Shown: positions 11,428-22,379, counted from the stretch's first letter. The stretch is 64,000 bases of DNA from an uncultured Methylomirabilota bacterium (GCA_963845565.1 CAWJSJ010000001.1:544001-608000); one strand, 5' to 3'. Program-made: numbers and translations. The notes: generated by a model not told the origin, from the sequence alone.

Positions 11428-11530
11428 TTAGGAGCCGTTACGAAATTACCGGTCCATTTTTTTCAATTTCGTTACGGCCCTTATGCCGTCTCAGAATTTC
11501 TCCGGTCAAGTTATTCTTTAACAACGGCTT
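11428..11530 (-). mobile_element. Twin-hairpin AT-rich miniature element, family 2, copy a (overlaps the hypF 3' end)
   Basis: Reverse complement matches the copies at 13960, 27461 and 63370; arms GGAGCCGTTACGAAATT / AATTTCGTTACGGCCC. Confidence 0.8.
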
Positions 11531-13816
11531 TGCCCGGGCGGCCGCCAGGACCTGCCCCAGCGCAATCCCGCCGTCGTTGGGGGGAACCCGCTGGTGCCAG
11601 TGCGGCGAAAACCCTGCCGCGGCCAGGCCACGTACGGTCCGCTCGGTGAGATACCGGTTCTGGAAACAGCCGCCGCTCAAGGCGATGGTCTGTATGCCAA
11701 CCTGCTTTGCGATCGCGACGATCAGCTCCGCCAAGGTGTTGTGGAAGCGTGCCGCGATACCGCCGAGCGCGACACCGCCGGCGAGGTCTGCCAGGAGCGC
11801 CCGGATGACCGGCTCCCAATCTGCGATCAGGATACCCTGCTTGGGCTCTATCTGGAAGGGGTAGGATGCATCCGTCTCCACATCCCGGATGGCCCACTCG
11901 AGTTCCATGGCTGCCTGTCCCTCGAACCGTGTGGTGAGACGGAGCCCGAGCAGAGCCGCCACCGCGTCGAAGAGTCGGCCGGCGCTGGAGGTCAGCGGCG
12001 CGTTGATGTGATTGGCCAGCGCTTGTGCCACAAGGGTGCGCTCTCGCGGTTCGAACGACCGCACGGGGGCAAGCTCCTCTCGTGCGGCGAACCGGTCGCC
12101 CTCCATCTCGTAGAGCAGGCCGATGGCGGTTCGGCGGGGTTCCTTGACGGCGTGCTCGCCGCCGGGGAGGCGAAAGGTTCGCAGATGGGCGACGCGCTGG
12201 AAGCCCGACTCCGTGACCCGCAGGAACTCTCCTCCCCAGATGGTATGGTCGAGGCCGTACCCGGTGCCGTCCCAGGACACGCCCAGGACGGGACTCTCGA
12301 GCCCGTTTTCCGCCATGCAGGAGAGAATGTGGGCGTAGTGGTGCTGGACATGGACGAGCGGGAGGCCGGTGTCGATGGCATGGCGGGTGGAAAGATAGTC
12401 CGGGTGGGCGTCGCACGCGACCGCCTGTGGCGTCAGGTCGTACAGCCGGAGGAGGTCGTCGCCGACACGGCGAAACGCGTCGAAGGCCTGAGGGGTCTCC
12501 AGGTCGCCGATGTGCTGACTGACGAAGACCTGGGTGTGGGTCGAGACGGCTACCGCATTCTTGAGATGCGCGCCCACCGCCAGCAGGGGCGGGAGAACCC
12601 GGCTCACCTGGATCGGAAGCGGGGCATAGCCGCGCGCGCGTCGCAGGACCAGTTCGCGTCCCAGGAGTACCCGAGCGACCGAGTCGTCCACGTGCCGGGC
12701 GATGGGGCGTTCGTGGACCAGGAAGAGGTCGGCGATCCCCGCCAGACGAGTCAGCGCATCGCGTTCGTCGGTACAGATCGGCTCATCGGAGAGGTTCCCG
12801 CTGGTCGCGACGACCGGCGTGTTCAACTCCCTCACGAGAATGTGATGGAGTGGGGTACAGGGCAGCATGACACCCAGGTCGGGGTTTCCGGGCGCCACGG
12901 ACGGGGCGATGGGGCTGCCGCATCCGCAGAAATCCTTGCGCCGTCGCAGGAGGACAATGGGGGATTCCGGGGAGGCGAGCAGCCGCTCCTCCAGCGTAGA
13001 CACCTCACAATGCGCTTTAATGGAATCGAGATAAGGTGCCATTATTGCAAGTGGTTTATCCTCTCGATGTTTTCGTTCTCGAAGTCGAATGACCGCCGCT
13101 TCGTTGGTTCCGTCCACCATGAGATGAAAACCGCCGAGACCCTTGACGGCGACGATCTGGCCGCGGCGAATGGCCTCGGCCGCATCGCGCAAGGCCGGGT
13201 GGTGCGCAGAGAGTACCTCGCCGGCGGGGCCCCACAGCTCGAGATGCGGGCCGCAGGTGGGGCAGGCGTTCGGCTGGGCGTGGAACCGGCGGTCACTCGG
13301 GTCCTCGTATTCTCCCCGGCAGGTGTCGCACATCGCGAACCCGGCCATGGTGGTGTTGCGCCGGTCGTATGGGAGGGCCCGGATGATGGAGAAACGCGGT
13401 CCGCAGTTCGTGCAGTTCGTGAAGGGATAGCGGTAGCGGCGATCCGCAGGATCACCGATCTCCCGCAGACAGTCGGCGCAGGTAGAGATATCCGGGAGGA
13501 CGAGGGCCGTCCGCTCGCCGGTGTGATCGCTGGGTCGAATCTCGAAGGTATGGAAGCCGATCGGGGAGAGAAACGATGGCTCCAGGCTCTGGATCGACGA
13601 TCGGGGGGGCCGCTCCTTCTCCAGGCGCAGCAGGAAGCTGCGCAGGGCGTCGGGCGCGCCTTCGACCTCCAGAAAGACCCCCTGCGGCGAATTGGACACC
13701 CAGCCCGGCATGCCCATTTCGGTGGCAAGACGATAGACGAAGGGCCGAAATCCGACCCCCTGTACGGCGCCGCGAATCGCGACGCGCAGCCGCTCCTGTT
13801 GCGTTGTCTTCGGCAT
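11438..13816 (-). CDS. hypF: Carbamoyltransferase HypF
   Basis: Acylphosphatase domain GAVQGVGFRPFVY, zinc fingers (CTNCGPRF, FHAQPNAC), VQHHYAH and PPNDGG. Confidence 0.97.
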   Translation of the reverse strand: MPKTTQQERLRVAIRGAVQGVGFRPFVYRLATEMGMPGWVSNSPQGVFLEVEGAPDALRSFLLRLEKERPPRSSIQSLEPSFLSPIGFHTFEIRPSDHTGERTALVLPDISTCADCLREIGDPADRRYRYPFTNCTNCGPRFSIIRALPYDRRNTTMAGFAMCDTCRGEYEDPSDRRFHAQPNACPTCGPHLELWGPAGEVLSAHHPALRDAAEAIRRGQIVAVKGLGGFHLMVDGTNEAAVIRLRERKHREDKPLAIMAPYLDSIKAHCEVSTLEERLLASPESPIVLLRRRKDFCGCGSPIAPSVAPGNPDLGVMLPCTPLHHILVRELNTPVVATSGNLSDEPICTDERDALTRLAGIADLFLVHERPIARHVDDSVARVLLGRELVLRRARGYAPLPIQVSRVLPPLLAVGAHLKNAVAVSTHTQVFVSQHIGDLETPQAFDAFRRVGDDLLRLYDLTPQAVACDAHPDYLSTRHAIDTGLPLVHVQHHYAHILSCMAENGLESPVLGVSWDGTGYGLDHTIWGGEFLRVTESGFQRVAHLRTFRLPGGEHAVKEPRRTAIGLLYEMEGDRFAAREELAPVRSFEPRERTLVAQALANHINAPLTSSAGRLFDAVAALLGLRLTTRFEGQAAMELEWAIRDVETDASYPFQIEPKQGILIADWEPVIRALLADLAGGVALGGIAARFHNTLAELIVAIAKQVGIQTIALSGGCFQNRYLTERTVRGLAAAGFSPHWHQRVPPNDGGIALGQVLAAARAKPLLKNNLTGEILRRHKGRNEIEKNGPVIS

Positions 13817-13959
13817 GTGTATCCCTTTTGGTAAATGCTTGGATGATTGTAGGTCGGGAGCCCGGGGCGGGCAAGCGGATTGGGCCGAAGGGCGAGGCAC
13901 AGGACAAGCGAATGAAGGACCCGCGGCATGTGTGATATATTGTGGTCGGGAAACACACT

Positions 13960-14063
13960 GAGCCGTGTCAAGGAATTAGTTGAGCGGAGGCATTCCGAAA
14001 CGGCATAAGGAGCCGTAACGAAATAGAAAGAGATGTATAGGTTATTTCGTAACGGCTCCTAAG
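13960..14063 (+). mobile_element. Twin-hairpin miniature element, family 2, copy b
   Basis: GCCGTGTCAAGGAATTAGTTGAGCGGAGGCATTCCGAAACGGCATAAGGAGCCGTAACGAAATA...TATTTCGTAACGGCTCCTAAG, nearly identical to 27461-27566. Confidence 0.85.
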
Positions 14064-14075
14064 GGGAGCGTTCCG

Positions 14076-14825
14076 GTGCAGACAGATGACAGACGGGTCG
14101 CCGGACTCATCCGGGAGGCCACCCATATCGCCGTCCTGACGGGGGCAGGGATCTCGACGACGGCGGGGATTCCCGACTTCCGTGGGCCGCGGGGCCTCTA
14201 CGTCACCCGGCAGTACGATCCGGAGAAGACCTTCGACATCACCTACTTCGACCGCGATCCGAGCTATTTCTTTGCCTTTGCACGGGACTTCGTCCAGCTC
14301 GTGGAGCGGGTCCAGCCCACATTCACGCACCGGTTTCTGGCGGCGCTGGAAGAGCGGGGCATGCTGGATGCTGTGATCACGCAAAACATCGACGGACTTC
14401 ACCAGAGGGCGGGCAGCAAGCGCGTCATCGAGGTCCACGGAAGCGTCCGAAACGGCCACTGCCGGAAATGCGGCAGGATGTACGCGTACGAAGAACTCAA
14501 GGTGAAGATTCTCAGGGAAGAGATTGCGCGCTGCGATGCCTGCGGTGGCATCGTCAAGCCGGATATCGTCTTTTTCGGTGAGGCGGTGCAGGGTATGGGC
14601 GAGGCCTCGGCCGTCGCCGGGCGGGCCGACCTCTTCTTCGTGATCGGGTCGTCGCTGACGGTCTATCCGGCGGCTTCGCTTCCCGGGTACGCCGGGGGCC
14701 AGGTCGTGGTCGTGAACCAGGGTCCGGTAGAGATGGCCGCACCCGATTGGCTTTGTGTCGACGAGGCCGCCGATGGCTTCTTTGCGCGGATCGCCGCGGC
14801 GCTGGGTGTGTGGGTGCCCGGCTAG
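14076..14825 (+). CDS. NAD-dependent protein deacylase (Sir2/CobB family)
   Basis: TGAGIST, IPDFRG, TQNIDGLH, HG, two CxxC, KPDIVFFGE and GSSL. Confidence 0.95.
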   Translation: MQTDDRRVAGLIREATHIAVLTGAGISTTAGIPDFRGPRGLYVTRQYDPEKTFDITYFDRDPSYFFAFARDFVQLVERVQPTFTHRFLAALEERGMLDAVITQNIDGLHQRAGSKRVIEVHGSVRNGHCRKCGRMYAYEELKVKILREEIARCDACGGIVKPDIVFFGEAVQGMGEASAVAGRADLFFVIGSSLTVYPAASLPGYAGGQVVVVNQGPVEMAAPDWLCVDEAADGFFARIAAALGVWVPG

Positions 14826-15379
14826 TGCGACGCCGTGTAGCCTTGGCGCTCCACGAATTTTCCCAGGGTCCAGTAGGTACGCCCGCCGTACGCCAGCGGG
14901 TTGGCCTTGCCCAGATCAATTTCGCCCCGACCGTCCAGGATTTCCTCGTCCACCTGCACCGCGACGACTGTCCCCAGAAACAGATCGTGGGTGCCAAGGT
15001 GCAGCGTCTGGGTCACCTGGCATTCGATATTGAGCGGGCATTCTTTGATCGCAGCCGTATGGATGACCTGCGTCGGGACTGCCGTCAAGCCCATCGCCTT
15101 GAACTTGTCGTCGGAATGTCCTGACACATTCCCGCACCAATCCACGGCGCGGACCATCTCGGCCGTGGGCACGTTGACTGCGAACTCGCCGGACTCCTTC
15201 ACGAGTTTGTGAGAATAGCGCGACGGCCGGATGCTGACGCCGATGATCGGCGGCTCAGAGCACAGCGTGCCCACCCATGCCAACGTGATGATGTTCGGTT
15301 TGTCCGCGGGTCCGCACGTGATCAAGCTTGCCGGCAGTGGGTAGAGGTACGTTCCGGGCTTCTTTGCGACCTTGGCCAT
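14822..15379 (-). CDS. Flavin reductase-like FMN-binding protein
   Basis: LYPLPASLIT...PNIITLAWVG...RPSRYS...ECPLNIEC...GTHDLFLG. Confidence 0.9.
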   Translation of the reverse strand: MAKVAKKPGTYLYPLPASLITCGPADKPNIITLAWVGTLCSEPPIIGVSIRPSRYSHKLVKESGEFAVNVPTAEMVRAVDWCGNVSGHSDDKFKAMGLTAVPTQVIHTAAIKECPLNIECQVTQTLHLGTHDLFLGTVVAVQVDEEILDGRGEIDLGKANPLAYGGRTYWTLGKFVERQGYTASH

Positions 15380-15407
15380 TCGACTCTCCTTTTCAACGGT
15401 TTCAGGG

Positions 15408-16301
15408 TCAACGCTCCGGCCAATTGACCAGGACCATTCCGCCCGTCACCAACCCGCCTCCGACCAGCAGCTTCACCGTCAGCGGTTCTTGAAGGAGCAG
15501 CCCTCCGAGCAGGATACCGAAGATCGGCGTGAAGAAGGTGAAGCCGGAGATATTGCTCACGGGGTACACCTGGATGAGCCAGAACCAGACCAGGTAGCTG
15601 GCGAAGGCCACGATGATACCCTGGTACGCGATGGAGGCGAGCACGACGCCGGACAGATCAGTAACCTGCCGCGGCTCGAACACCAGACTCATCACCGAAA
15701 GCTGTACCGCCGAGAACCCGAGTTGGTAGAACAGCATCTGCGAGGGGGTCATGGAGGTTCGAACGACGCGTTTGAGGTAGAGAGAGGTTGCGGCCCACAG
15801 AAATCCGGCCGTCAGGCTCAACAGGTCACCCACGAGTTGAAGTCGGGTGGGGAAGTGGAGACTGTCCCAGAAGGTGAAGAGAACCCCGGCGAAGGCCAGC
15901 ATGAGACCAACGCACTTTCGTCCCGTGAGCGGTTCGGCGGGCAACAACCAGTGGGCCCCCACCGCGACGAAGAACGGCGCGGTGTACAAGAAGATCACGG
16001 CGTGCGAGGCGGTGGTGTAGTACAGGCCAAGGTACACGAACACGAACTCGGTGCCGAAGAACAGGCCGATGGCCAGGCCGTGGAGGAGGGTGCGATTCCG
16101 ATGGAGCAGGGGAATCCCGCGATGCCGCGCCCACAGCGCAAGCAGAGAGGCGGCAATGAGGGAACGCACGGCAGCCTGGAAGATCGGGCTCACGCCCCGG
16201 TTCGCCACCTTGATGGAAACCTGCGACAGTCCCCAGAGGAGGCACAGACCGATGACAGTCGCTATCGCGTGACGATCCAGGGCCCGCTTCGGCGTCGGCA
16301 A
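15408..16301 (-). CDS. DMT/EamA family transporter
   Basis: About 10 TM helices in two EamA repeats (LWGLSQVSIK, YTAPFF, FFTPIFG). Confidence 0.9.
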   Translation of the reverse strand: MPTPKRALDRHAIATVIGLCLLWGLSQVSIKVANRGVSPIFQAAVRSLIAASLLALWARHRGIPLLHRNRTLLHGLAIGLFFGTEFVFVYLGLYYTTASHAVIFLYTAPFFVAVGAHWLLPAEPLTGRKCVGLMLAFAGVLFTFWDSLHFPTRLQLVGDLLSLTAGFLWAATSLYLKRVVRTSMTPSQMLFYQLGFSAVQLSVMSLVFEPRQVTDLSGVVLASIAYQGIIVAFASYLVWFWLIQVYPVSNISGFTFFTPIFGILLGGLLLQEPLTVKLLVGGGLVTGGMVLVNWPER

Positions 16302-16662
16302 GGGGGGTCTCCCGTCTGATTGCTGCGGGGGACTATAGCGTGAGTCGAGCGTCGAGGGAAGCGTCGATGCGGCAAGGTCCCGAAATAGTGCACATCCGGG
16401 AAGCTTCCAAGTGCGGGCGGTTCATGAACTATGGTTGCAGAATCATAACAGCATGATCTTCAGGAAAGCCTGCGAAGGAGAGACGAAGTGGGAATGGGAG
16501 GTGATGAGGGCGACATTGCAGTGAAAGCGAATGCTGAGGGCGTTTACCGAGCACTAGGTACACGCGCGAAGCCGACAACCGCCGCGCGCCGCAGGAGTGT
16601 AGGGCTTGCGCGTTCAAACGGTTCGGTGGAAGATGCGAGCCGGGCCTTCGTTGCTCTCTGCG

Positions 16663-16878
16663 GTTCTTGGGAAGTGATCGCTCGGGCCGGGAGCTAGCCG
16701 CGGGCATCCGCGAGAGTCGCCGTTCTGGCAGGCGGTTCGAGCGGGCAGCGATGTACTTGCTTGGTCCGACACGATCTCGTTCTTGGAAAGATGATCGCTC
16801 TGCGCGGGAGATAGCCGCAAAAATCCGCAAGAGTCGGCGCTCCGGCAGGCGGTTCAAAGGGGGCGGCGATGTATTTGC
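16663..16878. repeat. Two tandem ~97-bp imperfect repeats (period ~116 bp), each able to fold
   Basis: GTTCTTGG..TGATCGCTC..GGGAG.TAGCCGC..ATCCGC.AGAGTCG..GGCAGGCGGTTC..GCGATGTA.TTGC at 16663-16760 and 16779-16878. Confidence 0.85.
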
Positions 16879-16932
16879 GTGAGAACTGGGCGCGGTCAGC
16901 ATGAGCGAAGAATTTCCCAAACCGTTGTCGCT

Positions 16933-19900
16933 GTGAAGAGACGAGGCTGGAGAAGGCTGGGGATCACCCTGGCTATTCTGACGGTCGTCTTGATCGTCAC
17001 CGCGATCGTCGTGCCCAGGCTCCTCGACCTCAACCGCTACCACGGCATCATCGTGTCCACGATCCAGAGGGCGGTCGGCGGAACGGTAGGCCTGGGGCGG
17101 ATCTCGTGGGGGTTTTCGCCGGGCATCTGGATCGAGGTCGATGAGATTTCGATCGCCGACGCCTCCGTCTTTCCTGGAGATCTCAGCGCTTCCCGTGTCT
17201 ACGCCAGCGTGTCGATTCCCCCCTTGCTGCACAAGAAGATTATCCTGAACCAGGTGCTGCTGGAGAGGCCGGACGTCCGACTGCGGCTGGCGCCCGGTCG
17301 GCAAGACGAAGGCCCAGGCCCGTCGTCGGGAACGGAAGGGACGAAGGGACGGGCAACCAGCAACGACCTGCAGCGCCCTGCTCCGTGCCAGCCGGCCGGC
17401 ACCGGAGTCCCGTGTTCTCCGGACGCCGCGGGGGGATCCACCGGTGCCGCCGGACCGGTCGAGGTCGAAATCCGGCAACTGGCGATCGAGAAGGGAAACG
17501 TCACGGTGGAGGATGGCGTGACCCTCCCCGGTCGGCGGATGGTACGGGTGTTTTCCGATGTGGATATCACGGCCACCCAAGAGATCCCCGGAGGGGGGAT
17601 TGCATTCGATATCGCCCTGCGGGACGAGGCGCCCGCGGGCCTTGGCGCCCTGAAGGCGCAGGGAACGTTCCGAGGACTGACGACTTCCTTCACCCTCGAC
17701 CATCCACAACTCAACGCGCAAGCAACACTCTCCTCCCTGCATTTGGAAGCCCTCACACCCTATCTCCGAGGCAGCCCCTTGGGCCAGCGGCTGGGCGGCA
17801 GCGCCTCCTTGACAGTCCATTACGATGGCGACCTCAGCAGCCATCACCGGGCGGAGGGGTCTATCGACATCAGTAGAATGACCTACACGGACCCTTCGCT
17901 GTGGCATTCGGCGCTGACGAGCGCTGACGCCGCGATCACCTACAGGGTGAACCTCACTCCCAGTGAGCTTGCGGTTGAGAAACTGGTGCTGAAGCTCGGC
18001 CCGCTCTCCGTGCGGGCCAGCGGTCGCGTGCAGGATTTGAGCGAGCGGCCGGTCATAAGAGATGCCGAGCTTTCCTCCGACCTGCCGTTGCCGGAGTTGG
18101 CGCGGTTCATACCCTGGAAGGTCATGGGAGCCAGCGCTGCTACGCTTCGACCGATCCTTGAGGCTGGTGGAAGGATCGTGATCGACCACGCGGCCCTTCC
18201 CGAAATAGCTCTCGCCGGGCCACCGACCCCGGCGGACACCGTGCTGGGCAAGACCGATCTGACAGCCCGGGTATCCGGAATGTCCGTGCAGCCGTCACCC
18301 AGCATACCCAGGTTCCGGAACATCCGCGGGACCTTCCGGCTGGCCAACGGAATTGCGCTGGTCCAAGGGTTGCGGGCACAGGTAGCATCCGTGGACCTGC
18401 CCGACATTTCGGCAAAGATCACCAACGTGTTCAAGGCCCCCAGAGTGCAGGCCACCATCCAGGGCCAGCTCGCATTACCTCAGGTCCCCGATGAGGAGCT
18501 GGCAGCTTTTCTCCGCCGGTTCGGGGTGGAGGAGGCGAGTGGGGCCGCCGAGGTGGATCTGGCCGTGACGGTGGACACCGCCCAGCCGGAGAATTTTCAG
18601 CTCAAAGGAAATGTCGGCCTGCGGGAAGTCAAGGTGAAGACTGGCGTCAGCCCCGCCCGGCTCGAGGGACTCACGGCCGATCTGGCGATCACGCCCGCCG
18701 TCGTACAGGTCTCCACTCTTTCGACCACCGTGCTGGTACCCCCGACGGTGTCTGCGCCCGGCGGCCGCTTCACGGCCCAACTGCAGGCCCGGGTCGATGG
18801 GTGGCGTGGGCCAACCGCGATCACGCTGCAGCACTTCAAGACGTCACCCGTACCCCTGCCGTTGGTAGCGGCGCTGCTCCCTTGGGAAACGCTTGGCAAA
18901 TCCGCGGCGCCCGTCGAGGCAGTCTTGCGTGGCGGCGGGACCGTGACGTTCGAGGCGCTGACCCTCCCGCCCATCAATCTGTCCGCGCCGCCGCCGACCT
19001 CGACGCAACTGATCCCCCGCGTGAACGCCGCCGTCAGCGTCACGGATCTTGCGGCGCAGCCCACTCCGGACCTTCCCAAGTTCGAGAGCATCACGGGGCA
19101 CCTGAACCTCGCCAACGGGGTGTTGACGGCGACCGATGTACGGGGGAGGGTGGGGCCGCTCTCGGTGGACTCGCCCGGAATAACGGCGAAGGTTAACAGG
19201 CTACTCGACAAGCCCAGAGTGCAGGCCACCATCAAGGGACGGATAGGACTGACCCAGACCTCCGACGACCAGGCGGCAGCTTTTCTCCGCCGGTTCGGGG
19301 TAGAGGAGGCGAGCGGGGCCGCCGAGGTGGATCTGGCCGTGACGGTGGACACCGCCCAGCCGGAGAATTTTCAGCTCAAAGGAAATGTCGGCCTGCGGGA
19401 AGTCAAGGTGAAGACTGGCGTCAGCCCCGCCCGACTCGAGGGACTCACGGCCGATCTGGCGATCACGCCCGCCGTCGTACAGGTCTCCACTCTTTCGACC
19501 ACCGTGCTGGTACCCCCGACGGCTTCGGCCCCGGGCGGCCGCTTCACGGCCCAACTGCAGGCCCGGGTCGATGGGTGGCGTGGGCGACCGTCGATCACGC
19601 TGCAGCACTTCAGAACATCTCCGATATCCCTCCCGGTTTATGCAGAGCTCGTGCCTTGGGAGAAACTGGGCGGATCCGCGCGACCCATCAGGGAGTTGCT
19701 TCTTCCTAGCGGGACGGTGGCGATCGAGGCGCTGACCCTCCCGCCCATCAATCTGTCCGCGCCGCCGCCGACCGTGGCCCAACTGATCCCCCGCGTGAAG
19801 GCCGCCGTCGCCGTCACGGATCTCGCGGCGCAGCCCACGCCGAACCTTCCCAAGTTCGAGAGCATCACGGGGCACCTGAACCTCGCCAACGGGGTGTTGA

Positions 19901-21712
19901 CGGCGACCGACGTGCAAGGGAGGGTGGGGCCGCTCTTGTTACCTGGGTTGAAAGGTTCGTGTTACCGGATTGGCGCGCATCCCAAGGTGGCCGTGAAGGC
20001 CAAGGGACCGCTGCAAGGTCGCCGCAACGAGTGATGCCGACGTCGAGAAGCTGCTGCGGCAGTATGGTCTGAAGAGTCTGGCTGGACAGGCCGTGATCGA
20101 TATGCGTGCTGACTATGATCGGAACACGCCAGACGACTGGGAAGTCCAGGGAACCTTGACGCTAGCCGGTGTCCGGGCCGAAACCCACCCGGAAGCCGTG
20201 GTCGTGGATGGTCTGCGGGGGCGAGTGACCGTGAACCGGGCCACAGCCATAAACATTATCGCGGAGAACATCACCGCGCAGGTCAATCAGGCACCGGTTC
20301 GGCTCTCTGGCAAATTCCTGGGGTTGGGCACTCCGGGTCTGGTGGTGAACGCCACGGCATATGCCAAACAGTTGAACCTCGCGCATGTCCGCGAGTTTTT
20401 TCCCGCTCTCAAACAGGCGGGGTTGGCGGGCACACTTGACATTGATCTGAACGTCTACCTCCCCTATGCCGCTGCCGGGAACAGTCGATTGAAGAAAAGC
20501 CGATTGAATGGGATGCTTGCAACGCATGATGTAAGTTTTCGGCTGCCCGCCGCCAACGTCGGCGTGAAAGAAGGAGAGGGTCAATTCACCCTGAGCGGAA
20601 ATGCTGTCAACATTCAACGGTTCCGGATGCGCCTCAATGATCAGACGGTGGAGGGAACCGGACACATTGCCAACCCAGTGGCGCCGGACATTCAACTAGC
20701 GGTGACATCGCCCGATCTCGACCTCGACCGGTTGATACCACCGGGCGGAGCAGACACGCAAGAGGTCGACTCCTCGCGACAGAATCCAAGCCAGATCGAG
20801 GCGAAGGCAGGCAAATCCGGATTGCCGGCCATGGCACGATTGGTTACCGGGCAGCTCCAGGTCCAGGTGAAGCAGGGTCGGTACAGGGGGCTCACATTTC
20901 AGGATCTGAAGCTTGGTGCAGCCTACGACCATGGCCTGCTTACGGATTACGCCTTGGACTTCGGCGTCAGTGGGGGTCAGATCTCGGCGACAGGCACCGC
21001 CGATCTCCGGGATCCGGAGCGGGTCTCGTTTGTCGTGCGCCCCCAGATCACCTCCCTGAGGCTTGAGGAAGCGGCACCTGTTCTCGGTATTGGATTGGTG
21101 CCTGTCACCGGCCCCATCTCGTTGACGGGACGGGTGCAGGGCAGCACGGGAAGCGTGAAGAATCTCCTCGCCAGCCTCGAGGGAACGCTGGATGTCACCA
21201 TGGGTCCTGGCACAATCACCAGGATAGGGAGATTCGGCGCGACGATGGCAAGGATCATCAGCTTCGCCAGCGTCAGGGGTCTGCTTTCCGGCGACGTGCT
21301 GAGCGATCTCACGAGGGAGGGGTTGCCCTATCGTGCCATCACGACAGAGACCGTCTTTGACAAGGGCAGTATGGGAGTCAACGCGTTCCGTTTCCGAAGC
21401 AACGCGCTGACCATGGACGCGGAGGGACGCGTCGATTTGATCCAAGAGCAGATGGCCATCCAGGTCGCGCTGAGGCCCCTGGGGACCGCAAACACGCTTC
21501 TTGGGTTCCTACCGATCGTGGGCCGACCGCTTGAGGCAATGACCTCAATTCATCTTGTGGTGCGGGGGCCGCTGGATAGGCCGGATGTTAATCTGGCCCC
21601 CGGTCAAGGCATCGAAAGTGCGATCCAAGGGGGGGCGCAGGGGACCGGCTCGATCATCACGGGGATCACCAACTTCCTGCAGAGGGGGACAGGCGAATCA
21701 TCCCGCAAGTGA
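16933..21712 (+). CDS. AsmA-like (AsmA/YhdP/TamB superfamily) envelope protein with an internal duplication; frameshift near 20020
   Basis: N-terminal TM plus PRLLDLNRY..VGGTVGLGRISW AsmA start, beta-rich body, AsmA_2-like C-terminus (MDAEGRVDL..LGFLPIVG..VVRGPLDRPDV) in ORF 20093-21712. Confidence 0.78.
18437..19935 (+). repeat. Intragenic tandem duplication, offset 774 bp (258 aa)
   Basis: 18501-~18810 is near-identical to 19275-~19584, and ~18950-19160 to ~19725-19935 (AAFLRRFGVEEASGAAEV... and LPKFESITGHLNLANGVLTATDV each occur twice). Confidence 0.95.
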
Positions 21713-21839
21713 TACCGATGCCCTTCTGGCGGAACTCCAATGCGGGGCCGGTCGTGACGCCGTGCGCGAGGGCGGTCCGGAGTCCGGAGCCGCCAGGGGG
21801 GCACCGTCGCCGGCACCAGTCCCCGTGTCCAGCTTGTCA

Positions 21840-22200
21840 CCCCCGCTGGTGCTGTGGCGCGACTCGCGTCCGGCCGCTGCACCATTCCATCGTCGTGGGG
21901 AGGGCACTTGCTTCCGGGAGTTGGCCCGCACATCCGCTGAATCCCCTGCGGGCGAAGCTGGTGCCGACCTCCCGCGCCTCGACCGCTATCCGTGGCAGGA
22001 TCGGGCGCACGTGCTGGCATGTTTCGTCGCGCGCGAGCGCGCCGCGTGCCGGGCCTATCGCGCGTTCCTCCGCGACGGCCTCCCGCACGGGCGCCACCCC
22101 GAGTTAGTCGTCGGGAGCTTGTTCCGTTCGCTGGGCGGTTGGGGCTACGTCCGCGCGATGCGCCGCCGGGAGGAGCGGATGCGGGCGGATCCGCGTCCCG
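21840..22200 (+). pseudogene. Decayed Y1/HUH REP-associated tyrosine transposase (RAYT-like)
   Basis: Fragments across frames: LHHSIVVG; FRELAR/LNPLRAKLV; LDRYPW; RAYRAFLRDGLPHGRHPELVVGSLFRSLGGWGYVRAMRR. Confidence 0.7.
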
Positions 22201-22379
22201 CATTGCTGGCGCATCCGCTGCGACGCTCGCGGCGCTGCGGGTTCCTGGTCGCTGGCCATGCCCGCAACCAGGGTGAGCAGAGTGCCAGATGTGATTCGAC
22301 GTGCGAGGGGTGACGTTTGCGTCGGGTGTGTTTCTCTCCGGCGGCGGGCGGGGCGCCGTTGCGCTCGAGGGTGCCTGCG

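Noticed and set aside
11594..13834. Long antisense ORFs (e.g. 11594-13834 +, 35766-38033 -, 16429-18189 -, 4170-5474 -)
   Set aside because: Shadows of real genes in high-GC DNA; no recognisable motifs.
13939..13971. Outward-facing TTGACA in the family 2 element acting as the hypF promoter
   Set aside because: No plausible -10 at 16-18 bp; the best candidate (CACAAT) is 21 bp away.
16663..16878. CRISPR array, attC sites or glycine riboswitch
   Set aside because: Only two long diverged units, no cas or integrase gene, no RYYYAAC/GTTRRRY ends, and the glycine aptamer core (GCCGAAG, CTCTCAGG) is absent.
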